Shown: piece by piece, positions 26,009 to 39,642 of the stretch | How positions within the stretch are numbered: the stretch's first letter is position 1 | How the letters are laid out: each line of letters begins with the position of its first letter | Assembly: GCA_010015805.1 (NCBI GenBank) | Contig: ML978122.1 | Coordinates: forward strand, 1,212,453-1,276,452 | From: Rhizodiscina lignyota | Lineage: Eukaryota | DNA length: 64,000 bases | Reading direction: 5' to 3' | The notes under the pieces: generated by a model | The model's database searches: none | Seen by the model: only the letters and a program-made list of their open reading frames with translations | Told to the model about the DNA's origin: nothing | Program-made: the position numbers and the translations under genes

Positions 26009-27375
26009 CAATGTATGGGAAGTCAAGTTGTACCTTGGATGACATTGGCTGCACCCAAAGGTAGCCGATGGGACTCAAGCGACGAGATGTCATCATGGAG
26101 CAAGCAACTCACAGCATCTTGCTGTCATAAAAGATAAATTTCTGCATATGAAGCATTGAAAGTTCTCTCAAGCAGACGAAAAGTAATCTTGGGTGCTTCC
26201 AGGAGTGCAGGCACGTGAGACTATTCCCTTCTTGGCTAGTGCATCCGCTGCCCTTGCTTCTCACGCTTCTCACTACCCGCTGTCCTTCATTTACGTAGCC
26301 ACCATATTCTCGCAAGGCCTTCAGCAGGTTCCACCCAAGGACTTGTCAATAAATCATATCATTAACCATTCCCCCGATCCCGATGCATGACGTTCGCAAG
26401 TCTGCAGGCCCAGACGCCTAATGGATCATCCACGACGGGAAGCGCCACAAAGCGTCTTTACCTGAATCCAACTCGCCGAACCGGCATTTCAATCTTTTCA
26501 GCCTATTGTCCCCGCTAGCCGCAGCTGTACTTGAAGTTCTCTCCAGGCATTGCCTGCCTTGGATATCCTTTTTGTGTTCCGCCATCAGTAGCAATATTCG
26601 TGCCGCTGCACACCATACATCTCATCGGGACAAGATTGGAAATTGCTCCTTTAGCATTGACGGCCGGCATACGGTGTCTTGTAAACCGCTTTGGCCCTCA
26701 AATCAGATTGCCGTATTTGGAGCGGTTACAAACACTCAAATGCGGATACCACTCGTAAAATACTAACCTCTCCTAGTACTTTCAGAATAATCATTTTGGA
26801 ACATTCACTGAGATATGTCATCAAATTGACGCTCTCATTGTAAAGGTTGCGAGTTTTGCTTTTGTATCATTGGTTACCTTGCATACATAGCACGCAGTAC
26901 TTTACTCTTTGCTAGAAGGAAGACCAGGATCTTGCGAGGTGTCTTGTCACGTTTTTTCCGTCTTTCAGCTTTTGCTAGTCCATTCTTCTAATCATGCAGT
27001 TTCGCTTTAAAGACATTGTTGCCGTTATATTTAATCATATTTCTATATGTTCGGCCCGTATACAGCTTTAGAGAGGTTTCGGTTCGTACCGCTTTCCGTT
27101 TCAACTTTCGAGTTGCGGAAGTTCAGGCCAGCTTGCGAACAATAACCCTTTCGAGCAGTTGCTCGTCTTGTATACCTCTCTTGGGCACTAGTCCGAGCAC
27201 TGTTCGCGCCTCGCAAGGTTGCACATCTTCCAACGGACGACGCAGCATGAGAAAGTTATGTCTTGCAAAACCAGTACGCGCGCCATTTCTTCTTAGAAAT
27301 GAGAAGTATAGTGCTCTTCCTTTTTTTATCCAACAGAACGATGGTTTTTCGTTCTCATTCTTTCTATCCATTGAA

Positions 27376-28246
27376 ATGGCAGATCAATTCCTCAGAGCGT
27401 ACGCGGCCGTGCTCGACAAATTGGCAGAGCAGGTTTCCGATTCGCTGAATTCGCCAGTATCGACTATTAACCCATCCTGGTTGGACCCTCGTGGAAGTGC
27501 ACCGCTCGAGTTCGACGACAACGCCTTAGCTCAGTACTACTTGCGCCCCAACTTACAACATCCAAATTCTGAATCTTTCGGAGGGAAGCAGGTGAAAACT
27601 GAAATAGCAGAACACGAGCGTCCACCAAAGCTACACTGCCAGCATAACCGAGACAATATCGAAAGCGAGAGGCTCCGCAGTTTCGAAAGTTTAAAGCTAT
27701 TCTTTTCTACCGGATTCCTGAGTGTTGAAGCGTCTGCGAGGTATTTACCAGTAGCAGTCAGATACGATGACTTATCTGTACGTCCATGGAGAGAGCTTCT
27801 ACCTCCAAGATGCAAATTAGGATAATACTGATTTGATAAAGGGCATCCCATTTGACGCCGTGACAGTCGGGTATCGCTATAGTACCTACAACGACTTCTA
27901 TTTCGTCACCGTAAAGCGAATCGCGCAGATCGTACCGAACCTACAATACCCAGAATGGATAGCGACATCCGATACACAGAGACTGCATGCATTACTTCCT
28001 ACCCGGCTGTTCGAACTCGGTCTATTTCAAGATGGTTATCGACGGCAAGAGAGTCTTGCCAGGGCTCGAGTAGTAAGGACCGATGATGATGAGACTTGTG
28101 CATTCTTCGGACAGTCACTGCGGGACAAGGAGAAGTCGGATGCTTTGTTCAGGTTACTTGACGACAGTTTGTCAGATATCGACGTCGTCATTCTCCATGG
28201 TCCCATGTCAACCAACGTATCACAGTACGGGAATCAGATAACATAG
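27376..28246 (+). CDS. Hypothetical protein (3' end uncertain)
   Basis: Two ORFs are joined in frame by intron 27778-27841 (GTACGT..TACTGAT..AAG); no family recognised. Confidence 0.45.
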
Positions 28247-28302
28247 AGCTTCGTTGTTCCTCTTACTATTGAGTATGTACAACAAGTATGCCAACAGGTT
28301 TT

Positions 28303-28662
28303 TCAGGTCGTGGGAAGCGTCCTGGGTCCATTACGTCGTTCGATTTTGCATGCTAGCAATGCAACGGCCTCAGTATTCTCTCCAATCTTTGCGTAATCAA
28401 GCGGATTTCGGTCATCGTTGTCCTTTAATTCCAACTCCACCTCGGATATGTTTAAAAGTGCCTCCAACATATCTGTATTACTGTTGCTTGCTGCCCATGA
28501 TAACGGCATACGGCCCATCTTGTCCCTTGCGCTAATATCTGCGCCCTTCTCCAGTAGCATTCGCGCAACTTCGACCATACCACCTCGCGCCGCTTTCATC
28601 AATGGTGTCGTACCATCGCTATCTTGAGGATCGATATAAATCCCGTTAGAGCGTAGCAAAAG
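28303..28662 (-). pseudogene. 5'-truncated ankyrin-repeat gene fragment
   Basis: DSDGTTPLMKAARGG..LLEKGADISARDKMGRMPLSWAA..DNDDRNPLDYA; ankyrin-like sequence begins at the TIR boundary 28663; no native ATG. Confidence 0.75.
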
Positions 28663-29184
28663 GTGTATCCACCTTAGCGCTAGACCTGGCACTCCCAGCT
28701 TTAGTACCTGAACTCCCGGGGGTTAGGACACCCTAGACACCCAGCTCCAGGGTGGGGTTGGGTGCAAGGTACGCCGCGTTATGGGTACTGATATTTCCAC
28801 CCTTCAGCTAGAAATATGGGTAATCCGATGCCGAGCCTCCCAGCCATGTCACGTGCTCGTAACGATGAGCCAAACAATGAAGAATCACAGCTAATAAGTC
28901 AACCAAAAAATAAAATAAAACAATGTATATAAAGAAAAAATACTATCGGAATGTTAGAAAAAGGGCGGATTTGGAAAATAAAAGTACAAAACCTAACTAG
29001 CTCCCCGAATCGAAGACTCGGGGAGATAGTAAGGAAAACCAGACTGACTGAGTTTATTAGGAAGGGCGGGGGCCCTTTGCAGTTATGCCACTAGTTATTC
29101 AGTGCATGTCGAAAAACCACATTAGACCTAAAACTTGAATTCAATATAACTATTCGATATACCCTAGCGCTAAGGGGGATACAC
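28663..29184. mobile_element. Non-autonomous TIR element (MITE-like, TGT...ACA ends) or solo-LTR-like remnant
   Basis: GTGTATCCACCTTAGCGCTAG (28663-28683) and CTAGCGCTAAGGGGGATACAC (29164-29184) form a 20/21 inverted match; A-rich non-coding interior; no TSD. Confidence 0.7.
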
Positions 29185-29554
29185 TCAAGGATGATGGTAG
29201 ATATCTTCCTGTGCGTCACGGATGGGCAGCCACAGCTCGTGAACGCGCTCCTGAACCGTGACTACCAATGGAATATTCAATTGGAAGCCCTCCCGGACGG
29301 CGGCAGCTCGTGAAAGTGTTATGGATATGTCATCGGGACCAAAGAAACACAACGAGCGTGAACATGCGTGAACATGTGTGCGGTTGACGCTCTTTCCCCT
29401 TTTTTTTTTCTTTCGCTTCGCCGTCAGCATTACGATGACACCAAATCTTGAAGGACGAGATAAAGGCCTATGATAGTCCGAGTGGAAATATCTCTATTGT
29501 TACATCTAGCGCTGATAATAGTGCTGATATCGCAGCTCTAATGATGAAGCTTGA

Positions 29555-31293
29555 TTATCTCCTCCCTATTGCATCACCAGTACTGGCGATCCATGCTCCC
29601 AACCATTTGATGTCTCTGCCCACTGACGTCCGTACCGGATGTCCACCGAGCCATATCCTCATTGACAACGCAACCGATGCTATTCCACCGATGGCGACTA
29701 CGTTGATCATGCCAAGTAATACCTTTCCTTGCCAGCTCACAGCTCTCCGTACGTCGGAGTACCGCTCGTTCCCAAAGCTTATTCTGCTGTACTGCGTCTT
29801 GATTCCAACTCCAGGAAACCAAACGGATAGCTTCTCTTCTATCATCTTTCTGAACAGGTACACCGGGCTCCGCACTTTGTCGCGCATCTCCTCATAATTC
29901 CTGAGCGCGAGGTCGTTGATAGTTGCTGCATCTTCGTGTCGGGTTTTCGAATACGCCGCCAGAGCCTCGCCTCGTGCGACTGTGACTTCTTCTGGCGAGG
30001 CTCGGCTGGAGACAGAATGCTCGTCGAGGACATCGTAGAGCACTCGTACGTCTTCAAGTCCAGCGTTCATGCCTTGGCCGTAAAATGGAACCATTGCGTG
30101 TGCTGCGTCTCCGAGAATGACAGCACTTGAAGAGTAGTGATACGGACTGCATTTAATACTGATGAGCGGAAGATGCGGGTTTTCTCGGTATTGAGTCCGC
30201 AGGTTTGAGTCTGATATTAGATCCGGGACGACACCTGGGAAGTTCTTTTCAAAGAAAGGTACTAGAGCCCCATGATCAGCATCGAGCTCCGAGAACCGCG
30301 ACTCGGGAAGGAAAAGAGTGCAGGTAAAAGATTTGTCGAGCGAAGGGATGGCAATGAACATGAAGGAGCCGCCGGGCCAGATGTGGAGGTGGTTAGGTGA
30401 TAGTGCGAAGCCGTCGTATTTACTGTAGTTGGGATCGCTAGGAGCTAAAGGCGGGATGTGAAATTCGCACCAGAGCGTGTCGATATACTCCTGGTGATAA
30501 GACATTCGTGTGTACTTCATCAGATGATAGCGGACGGCTGAATGAGCACCATCCGCGCCGATCAGAAAATCAAACGAGACCTCGATTTCCTTGGTCTCTT
30601 TCGAATTCGAGGAGCTGCGGACTTCAAACCAGGCGAGATTACGCTTGAAATCGGCCCCCACGAGTTTATGGTGGAAGAAGAACTTGACGTTGGGCATCGA
30701 GTTCAACTCGTCCAGCAACCGCTTATTCAACCCAGCTCGATCTGCAGCTCGAATGAACTGTAAACGTTCAGTTTCATATCAATACAGATCGATCTTGGCT
30801 GGCTTACTCGTCCTTGAGCGTCATAGAGCTGTGCTTCCTCGAACAGTTTGCCATGCTTCTTTCCATGAATCATGCGTCCATGCATTGGGATGGTGTCGTT
30901 CAGAACCGCATCTAGCAGGCCAGGGGCATTCGCTTTTCTCATGGAGTTTATGCCCCTCTCAGACAGGGCGAGGTTGATCGACTTTGTAAAGTTGAGAGGG
31001 ACGGTTGAGGAATCCCGAAGATCTGAGTGTATCGTTAGGGTCCCATTTACACGGGGAGAAGATTGAACGGAAGATATCATGGCAATCGTACACGACAAAA
31101 CGAGTCAAAAGTGCTGTAGAACTATGCAAAAGGAGCTAATAAGACGCATCTTGAGTTAAGAAATATTTGTCCTACCTCCTCGTAGTTCGTAGACCTCAAC
31201 ATCGTTACCTCTTCCAGCAGCATAAAGCGCGGCCAAAGCCCCTACTGGCCCTGCCCCCACGACGATAGTCTTTTGCCGCCTTCCACTCGCCAT
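29555..31293 (-). CDS. BNA4: Kynurenine 3-monooxygenase, 3 exons
   Basis: [72 protein letters not shown]-terminal membrane anchor. Confidence 0.95.
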
Positions 31294-31676
31294 ACTCGCA
31301 TCTGTAGAGATCTAGGAGGAGGCGTGGCAGGCTTATCGGGAGTTAAATATCAATATATCCCGTCGATGATGCTCAAGTTCGGCCCGGTACGGAACATGTG
31401 AGTGGCAGTGTGGCCGGACAAAGGGCTGACCAATGGCGGTTCCTTTCCCCGGATCTTGCGCCTGGCACGCCGATTGAGTGAGGCTCTATTTTATTCACAA
31501 TGCTCGCGACTAATCGTGGTTAATTTGTCGTGTTTCCCTCACTTTACTCACTCCCACGCCACAGAGTTTTCGTTCCGCCATCAGCAACCTAACTTACTTT
31601 CTTCATCAAGCTTCATTCACTTTTTATAAGACTTGTCGACTCGCATCGCGCTGAAGGCATGCCACCAAGCATCAGT

Positions 31677-33072
31677 ATGTCCGACACGAAGCGAAAATGC
31701 ATGGGCAAAGACTGCCCCAACGACGCCAGTTCCCTCCAGTGTCCGACATGTCAGAAACTAGGGAAGGAGAGCTACTTCTGCTCACAAGACTGCTTCAAGC
31801 GGAACTGGGTACATAGTATGATCTCCTGCGATTAGACAGCACTGAACACTGACCACATTCCTTGGTTTGCAGAGTGACCATAAGGCAATGCATAAGACTC
31901 AGAGTAATCCCCTCCGCACTCTTTTCCCCCCAAAGGTCGTGTCTGAACCGGATCCAGCAACTGGACATTACAACCCTTTCCCCACATTCTCCTACACCGG
32001 ACCGCTCAGACCTGTATACCCACTTTCGCCACGAAGAGAGCTACCCAGCAAGATAAAGCGACCCGATTACGCAAACGATGGCATACCAAGGTCCGAACAA
32101 GTCTTCACACAACGTAATAAGATCGCGGTCCTCACAAAAGAAGAGCAAGATGGAATGCGCAAGGTCTGCAGACTAGCGCGTGAGGTGCTGGATATTGCAG
32201 CGCGAGCGGCCGTACCAGGTGTGACGACAGACTACATCGACGAGGTTGTGCACAAAGCATGCATAGAGCGAGATGTGAGTTATTATCAAGACCTAATTAT
32301 AGCTCGTATGAGCCTGACGCGCGCTGTAGTCATACCCTTCGCCTTTGAACTACTGCCATTTCCCGAAATCCGTTTGCACATCGCCCAACGAAGTCATCTG
32401 CCACGGAATTCCCGACCAGCGAGTCTTGCAAGATGGCGATATTCTTAACATCGACGTGACGTTGTATCATGGCGGCTTCCATGGTGACCTCAACGAGACG
32501 TACTACATTGGCGAATCTGCTGCTAAGAATCCGGACAACGTGCGAGTGGTTGAAGCCTCACGAGATGCGCTGGACGAGGCGATCAAACTTGTCAAGCCAG
32601 GCCTACTGTTCAGAGACATTGGAACTCCGATCGAAAAGGTGGCGAAGAGCCGAGGCTGCAGCGTCATCAAGACATACTGTGGCCATGGCATCAACCAGCT
32701 CTTCCACTGCGCTCCGAATGTTCCTCATTACGCAAAGAACAAGGCCGTTGGCCAGGCAAAGGCCGGAGTATGCTTCACAATCGAGCCGATGATTAGCTTG
32801 GGAACGCACAGGGACAAGACTTGGCCGGACGACTGGACGAGTGTGACGCAGGATGGAACGAGGACTGCGCAGTTTGGTATGTGCAGTCTGAGTTAGATGA
32901 TCTCGAATGTACGAATACTAACAGTTGAACAGAGCATACACTTCTGGTAACCGAGGACGGAGTGGAAGTGCTCACGGCACGGCTAGCAGATTCTCCTGGA
33001 GGCAAGGTAGAGATGCCCGAAGCCGCGAATGGGACGCCAGCAGAGGCTCCCAAGACTGAAATAGCTGCTTAA
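31677..33072 (+). CDS. MAP1: Methionine aminopeptidase 1, 4 exons (another in-frame ATG at 31659)
   Basis: N-terminal zinc finger [69 protein letters not shown]. Confidence 0.96.
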
Positions 33073-33891
33073 AGTATCGGCGTTCACATTTCTCTCCAAT
33101 ATTGCCAGTTCTGCAATCGAAGCGTGATACATCACCAGCGGGATGGAATGGCGTTCATGGTTTCTTATGATCGACGGCTCACGAACGGGGGACTCTGGCA
33201 TTTTGATAGCATTTGCGTCTTTAAGGCGAGTGTTCAAATTGAGATGATTTTCTAAAGTCGATTGAATGATATTCACCGTCTGGAGTTGACATTTCAAGGC
33301 CGGAGTTTACAAATGCTCCGGCGGGAAAAGGCGAGGCGAGGCCAGCTTGCGCTTGAGCCGCCGTCCAACCAGCGTTCACGCCGCGCAAAAATTGACTGGG
33401 AACGGAGCATGTGCAGGCCAACCTACCGAGCCTACCTGTGACCTCATGCTTGAAGCCTGAGCGTGCTCTACCCAACTCTTCTTCCTCCCACCTCCGCAAG
33501 CCTAAATCCTGCCACCTTGCATCTTCATCTCACGCGCTCTCTCGACCTTCTCGAAAACGCTCTTCGTACTCACAGGAGAACCTTCCTTATCGCCGAACTT
33601 GGCTAGCAGGCTCAGAGTGCAGACCTTGTCAACAATCGCTGTGGCCACAAACGAGCATATTCCGGCGCAAAAACAACCGTTTGCAGATATCTATTACTTG
33701 TTATAGCTTCCTTCAGCTTGAGAGCGCATATACGGCGCATTCGCTGGCAAACCGTCTGGATTGCAGCTTCATCCGCCGCCGCACCATCTTAGCCGAGCAA
33801 TTAACCAAATCCGTCGCACTCCACTGCGCAACGCAATTGCAAACGAGAATACACATTTCCTGAAGAAGACGCATACACAGAATCATTCAAG

Positions 33892-34479
33892 ATGTCGGGA
33901 GAAGCGTGGCTATACCTGCTTGCTGTGCTGTTGAACGCAGTCAACCTCTTCCTTCAAGTCTTCTTCACGATAATGTACAGCGATCTGGAATGGTGTGTGC
34001 CACGTCTTTCTTAATCCTCCTTTCCAAAATCCTCCGCCTCATCGTGCGAACTTTATGCAATTACTACGCTGGCAGATACTTCTGACGTTGTTGGATAGCG
34101 ACTACATCAACCCCATCGACCTGTGCAACCGTCTGAACACATACATCGTCCCCGAAGCTGCCGTCCATGCCTTCCTCACGTTCCTATTCCTCATCAACGG
34201 GTACTGGTTGGCGATTCTCTTGAACTTGCCACTTCTTGCTTGGAACGCAAAGAAGATTTTCGAGAACCAACATCTTCTGGACGCGACAGAGATCTTCAGA
34301 AAGCTGAACGTGCACAAGAAGGTAGGTCAACCATGGGATAAAATTGGGAACGACGAGGATGCTCAGGTGCTAATACTAGTCTATAGGAATCCTTCATTAA
34401 GCTAGGCTTCCATCTGGTCATGTTCTTCTTCTACCTCTACAGCATGATTGTCGCGCTTATCAAGGATGAGCACAATTAA
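33892..34479 (+). CDS. ERV14: Cornichon-family ER cargo receptor, 3 exons
   Basis: [55 protein letters not shown]. Confidence 0.95.
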
Positions 34480-35360
34480 CCGGCGAAATTGCAGCGAGCC
34501 AAGCGTCATCCACTACCACCAAGATACGGACATATCGCGTCATTTGAGTACTTGACGCGACGATAAGGTTGGAAGAAGAGCAGGTTGGCAGCAGGTTGGT
34601 GGCAAATTCACGGGACACGATAAAATGTTGAAGAGGTGGCATTACCAAAGCGACTTATACCCACGGCTGTCGCTATCGATGTGGGGGAAAAGATGGCCAT
34701 TATGATACAGGAAGACTCCGAATGGTTCCGGGAGAGCGACGCTCTCGGACCTCATCCAGACCCTGTATAGAACGACACGAACCTAGCTCTCCTTTTTCTC
34801 TTTGCTAATGTGTACGTGGAGGTTGGACAGTGTCGGCGATACGATACATGAATGTCAATAAGTATGTACGAAAAATGGTCTGTCTACGTCATTGAACGGC
34901 CTCGACCCTAAATTCCATGTCCCTCTTTGTGCAAACGAAACCGAATTATGGCGTTACGCTTGCGAGAATTAGCTGGAAATCTAACGGATCAGAATCCTGC
35001 CATCTTAACGGCCGATAGAACGGACTATGAGTCTTCTCCCCGCTTCATGTGACTATCAAAGTAGATACGTGGCAGACGTATTTCGTCCGGGTGGTGCCGA
35101 GACATGGATTTCGTCCGGACCTGTTGATTTTGCTCAGCGCTTGAGAGGACCATATCGACCGCGAATCAAAATCACGGTAGCTCACGCATCGTTTTAATTC
35201 TTTACAGCAGTGGCTCTTATTCGATTGAATTTCCTGGGAAGAACTCGTCCTCCTGTCGTGGGCTAATCCCTGATAACGCCAAAAAGAAAAGGCATCTAGG
35301 ATCACATTTCCCATCGCATTCCGCCGTTTCGTTAAATGGGATATCTCAAATTGCTTCAGA

Positions 35361-37438
35361 TCATAGCTTCACACCACCGCCAAGTAGGCCATTCCACTCT
35401 TTCTCTCCAAATGGAACGTATTCTGCCGAGCCGGGCTTAAGATAGTAGAATCTATCACCCACCCCGGCAGCTTTCCCTGGATCGACTCCTTCGTCTCTCA
35501 GCACCGTCTTCTGTTGCTTCATCGTGCCCGTTTTATTACCTTCAAGAGTTTCACCCAGCCTCACAAAAACAGGGACCGCGTATCGTGGGAGAGACTTGAT
35601 CGCGTGGCTCGCCAGCTTCTTCAGCGTCTCTTGTTCACTTCTACCGCCACGCTCTGCCGCTTGGATCTGGTCCAGCAAGAGCGCCGCACAGCCAGCGCGG
35701 CCATCGTGCCCCGGAATTTGGACGCCGTAGACGTTCGCTTCCACGACACCCTCTACTCGCCCAAGCACTTCAGCGACTTCAGCAGTAGAAACGTTTTCGC
35801 TTTTCCAGCGGAACGTGTCGCCGATACGATCGACGAAGTACCAGTGCCAGTCGTTGTCGTGCCGCATGACGTCGCCCGTGCTAAACCACGCATCGCCTTT
35901 TGAATAGACATCCCTCAGAATCTTTGAACTTGTGGCTTTCTTGTTCCCGTAGTAACCTTGGAAATTGGCTTTGATATCCTTCTCGTTCAGCCTGTAGATA
36001 AGCTCACCGGGCTCATTATCGTTGATCGGAATGCACAAGCCGGTCTTGGGGTCCCGCACGGGCAGATTAGTTGAGAAATCAAGCTTTAAGACGCTGATCC
36101 TGCCGCTCATCACTAGATTTGCTAGAGGGCCATTGCGGCCCACGGCACCGGCAGTAAAGTCGTTGGAGGATTTGTTCCACATGCCGCTCGGGCCCTCCGT
36201 CGCAGCGTAGAATTCTAAAATCGTTCCAATGCCGAATCGTTCCTTGAATTTATTCCAGATATCGGGCCGCATGCCGTTTCCGTACGCAGCCTGCAGTTTG
36301 TGGTTTTTGTCGTCTGGCGATGGCGGCAGGGACAAGAGGTAGCGGCAAGTTTCGCCGACGTACTGCATATTGGTGGCATTGTAAGAGCGGCATTCTGAGA
36401 AGAAGGCACGGCGATTGAAGCGGTGGCCTAGCGCGAGAGTACTGCCAGAAGATAGCGATGCGACGAATGCCAGGAGCGCAGCGGAAGAGTGGTAGAGGGG
36501 CATGCACTGGATCATGTTAACTTTGCCCCGTTCACAATAACACGCTCAAAGAAATTCGAGTGGCGTACAGTATATGTGACGTCTTTCTTGGTCATTGGGA
36601 GGAATCGATGTATGAATCCTCCACCAAGCCTGCACTTCATCCAACTAACAATAGCCGGCTTTGGGAGACCGGTTGTGCCGGAAGTGTATATCAGGATAGC
36701 CATGTCATGCAGCTCTTGACCTCCCCGATCTCCATCGGGCCTCCGGACAGGTGCTGCGGTGCGTGCCTCCATCTCAATGTCCTCAGTGAAGAATACAATC
36801 TCGACAGGACCTTTATCGTCACGGAATGTCTCGCTTCCAAGCTCTTTCATCACCTCCTCTGAGAATGACTTTTGTACTTCCGGATCCACTAGGACCAACC
36901 GTGCCGTCGAAGTTCGTATACTATGCAACAACGGAGTTGAAGCCAGGTTGTAATTGATAAACGCAGGCTTCGCACCAATGCCCCACAGCGCCATCCAGAT
37001 CCAACAGAAGTTGTCACTGTTCATGAAATCCATTGCCACCACCTCATTAGGCAGGACCCCGTATTTTGTGCGTAGCCAATTCCCATATCGAAGAGAGATA
37101 TCGTATGCTTGTGCGAAGGTGTATGCCTTGCCCTGGTAAAGCAGGAATGGGTGGTCCGCGGTGCTCTTTGACTGTGCATGGTGTTCGAGGACGTAGAAGA
37201 GATTTGTCCTATCGCGAGAGCGGCTCCAGCGTGCTCCGAATACTGAGACTGCGAAATTCTGTAGAAGGTCGATATCGTATTTGAGGGAGAACTTCGCATT
37301 AATGTACGCTAGGAGTGGTACCGCTAGGGCAGCAGTTGCGGGGACGGAGAGCGGGTTCATCGCGAGCGCTATGATCAAGCTGTCAGTGCCGTCGCCTGGG
37401 CAGGATAGTAATGAAGATATCTAAGGCTTACGGGACAT
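35361..37438 (-). CDS. FAT1: Fatty acid transport protein / very-long-chain acyl-CoA synthetase
   Basis: IYTSGTTGLPK, CMPLYHSSA, EFYAATEG, GDAWFSTGD, FVDRIGDTFRWKSENVST; 7-nt first coding exon ATGTCCC; ends -VKL. Confidence 0.93.
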
Positions 37439-39642
37439 GTTTGAAGTCCTATGCGGGTATCACAAAAACTTGAAAGAGCAATACGAACGCTGCCAACACC
37501 AACGCCGTCACGGAAGAAGCGGGAGCGAGTCTAGAAGCATGCTATGAAATTGACATAGTGTGAACTTGCCGTATATCAAACGGTCGACCCAGCAAGCTCG
37601 TGAACCTGAAAGCTGGCCTGGAGAGATTCGCGGAGGGTTTCGCAGGAGAGCATATGCTTGGGTGCCTCGGCATGTTTGCGAGAGGCTGGCCCAGCCGCAG
37701 CTCAGCATGTGGACTTACAATTGGACCAATCACATGAAAACCTATGAGGATGGAGTGGACTTGAGAATAAGTCAGAGAGTGTAGACATTGAGGGCACCGT
37801 TATATGTCATGATGCACCAGAATTTAGTCGCGGCTGACGATCATCAGACCAACAATGTAGGTAGCGGCCCGTCTGCGGTCAAAGGCTGGAGAGACACGTG
37901 AAGTGGGCTCGATAAGGTACGTAGCCATGCTGCCCGACATCCATGTTCCACAGCGTGGAGCTGATCAACAGCGTACCTGCCGCAAACGTTGCAATAACCT
38001 CTCTGTACGGCTGTCTACCAGAGCTTGTCCTCTCTTCCACTGCCATCACCCTGACACTTCATCCACGCCATCATGGAACTCTTCCGTTCTTCCGTCAAGT
38101 CACCCCAGCATCAGACCTTCAGCATTCCCTGTCATTGCCGCCTCTTCTGACCACTGGCGCGCCAATGCCGAACTGCAGGTTGCCCGAGTTCTGCATCTCC
38201 TGCTGCATTTCAACTCGATAGCATCAAGATACTGTTGGCTTTCGTATCTGCGTCTTCTTTCACTACGAGTCTGTTGCTTGAGTCTCCATATTTCCTAGTT
38301 TCGCTATTCTACTTCTCTCATGTTACCACAGCTCCACGGACGAGGAGGCGATTGATGCGCTCTCTACATGTCTTTGGCAGTCCCAATATCGTATCACACT
38401 CGCACTCTACACCAATTATTCACATAATCTTGGCTTTTAAGCAAAGTATGATGACCTCTGCCGAGCAGCTCTATCCTGGAACCGGTCAACCAGAGACGCG
38501 CCTTGACGTTAGTCGCCTCGTGATTCTCCCCCAGTCTGGAGAATGCAGCAACTTCTCCGTACTGTCATGCAGCTGCAGGTCCTTTAGGCATAGCGCACCC
38601 CGACTCAATCACCCTGTCACTTGAAAGGGTCCTCGAAGGGTCCAGTATGCCGGGTGGACCAATCCATCTTCACAATCCTCCCTGCTGCAAGAGGCCTAAA
38701 CTTCTGAGGGTCCCAACCGCAACTTCAGCACATACACGTAGGCCTCTGGCGATCTTACTTATTTCACGCTCCGGTGGCTGCTGTCGAGCTGTTGGGTTTG
38801 CAATTGAGAATTTCAAGGAGATATTTCTTCCATGCAGTGGGAGACGCAGATCTCTTGAAGGCAATATATCCCCCTTATATGCCTTCGATTTGAGACGCTA
38901 TCCTCTCCCACAGACAAGCTGTGCCAACGGTCGAAACTTAGGACGGCAATTTATTCCCTCAGGGCGCGACATAAAGCTGTTGCGTCATGTCTTAGCTTCG
39001 GAATGTCTGATGATGGCATAGTCAATTCCAGCGCCAGAAATCTGGTCCATTATCACGTCATACCGCTTTACTCCAGCTTGACTAAAGGATCCTGCCATCT
39101 TTCTGGGAAGGAGGGGCAGGGACAGGTGACGATACTGCAGCACCAGGAGAACTACCCGATAATACGAAATCACCCGAAGTTCACCAATCGTTTTCTCTTG
39201 CTGTGCTAGGAATTCGGTCTTTGTTCCTTTTGAACGCCTTCTTGTTGGCGATAGGCTCGTCCGGGTGATTCGGATGGAGAATCCTGAACTGACCGAGACT
39301 GAATATTCCAGTAGTTGAGAAGGAATGCATAAGAAGCCTCCAAGCTGCGGCAAAGCGCGGCCATAGCGATTGCATGTATCCAAGAGCCGGGCGGTATTTG
39401 TCTCCTTTCGTGTTGTTACATCGTGCGCCGTGTTTGCATTCGGGCACCAATGCTGACCAGGCGACTTTGGGCTTTAAATGTCGATCATGTTCCTCACAGC
39501 CCGACTCGTCCTCCCTATTTCTTGATCGTCTCCCAGATTTCTTATCAGGAAACACTTTAAGGTTTTCTCCAACTCTCCCTGACGTCGGTCCTACTTGTCC
39601 AGAGACCAAATCCCTGCTTGCGGCTCTTCGGGATAGGCATCG

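Noticed and set aside
23959..26026. Long minus-strand ORFs (224 aa and 263 aa)
   Set aside because: Antisense to the FAD monooxygenase and PLAC8 genes; no protein-like motifs
27778..27841. Apparent nonsense/frameshift pseudogene
   Set aside because: The stops fall inside a canonical intron that restores the frame
31023..31175. ncRNA in the ~150-nt BNA4 intron
   Set aside because: No convincing C/D or H/ACA boxes or stems seen
590..31293. Secondary-metabolite cluster (methyltransferase, ABM protein, Zn2Cys6 TF, FAD monooxygenase, transporter)
   Set aside because: No PKS, NRPS, terpene or RiPP core gene in the window, and the genes are interspersed with housekeeping loci
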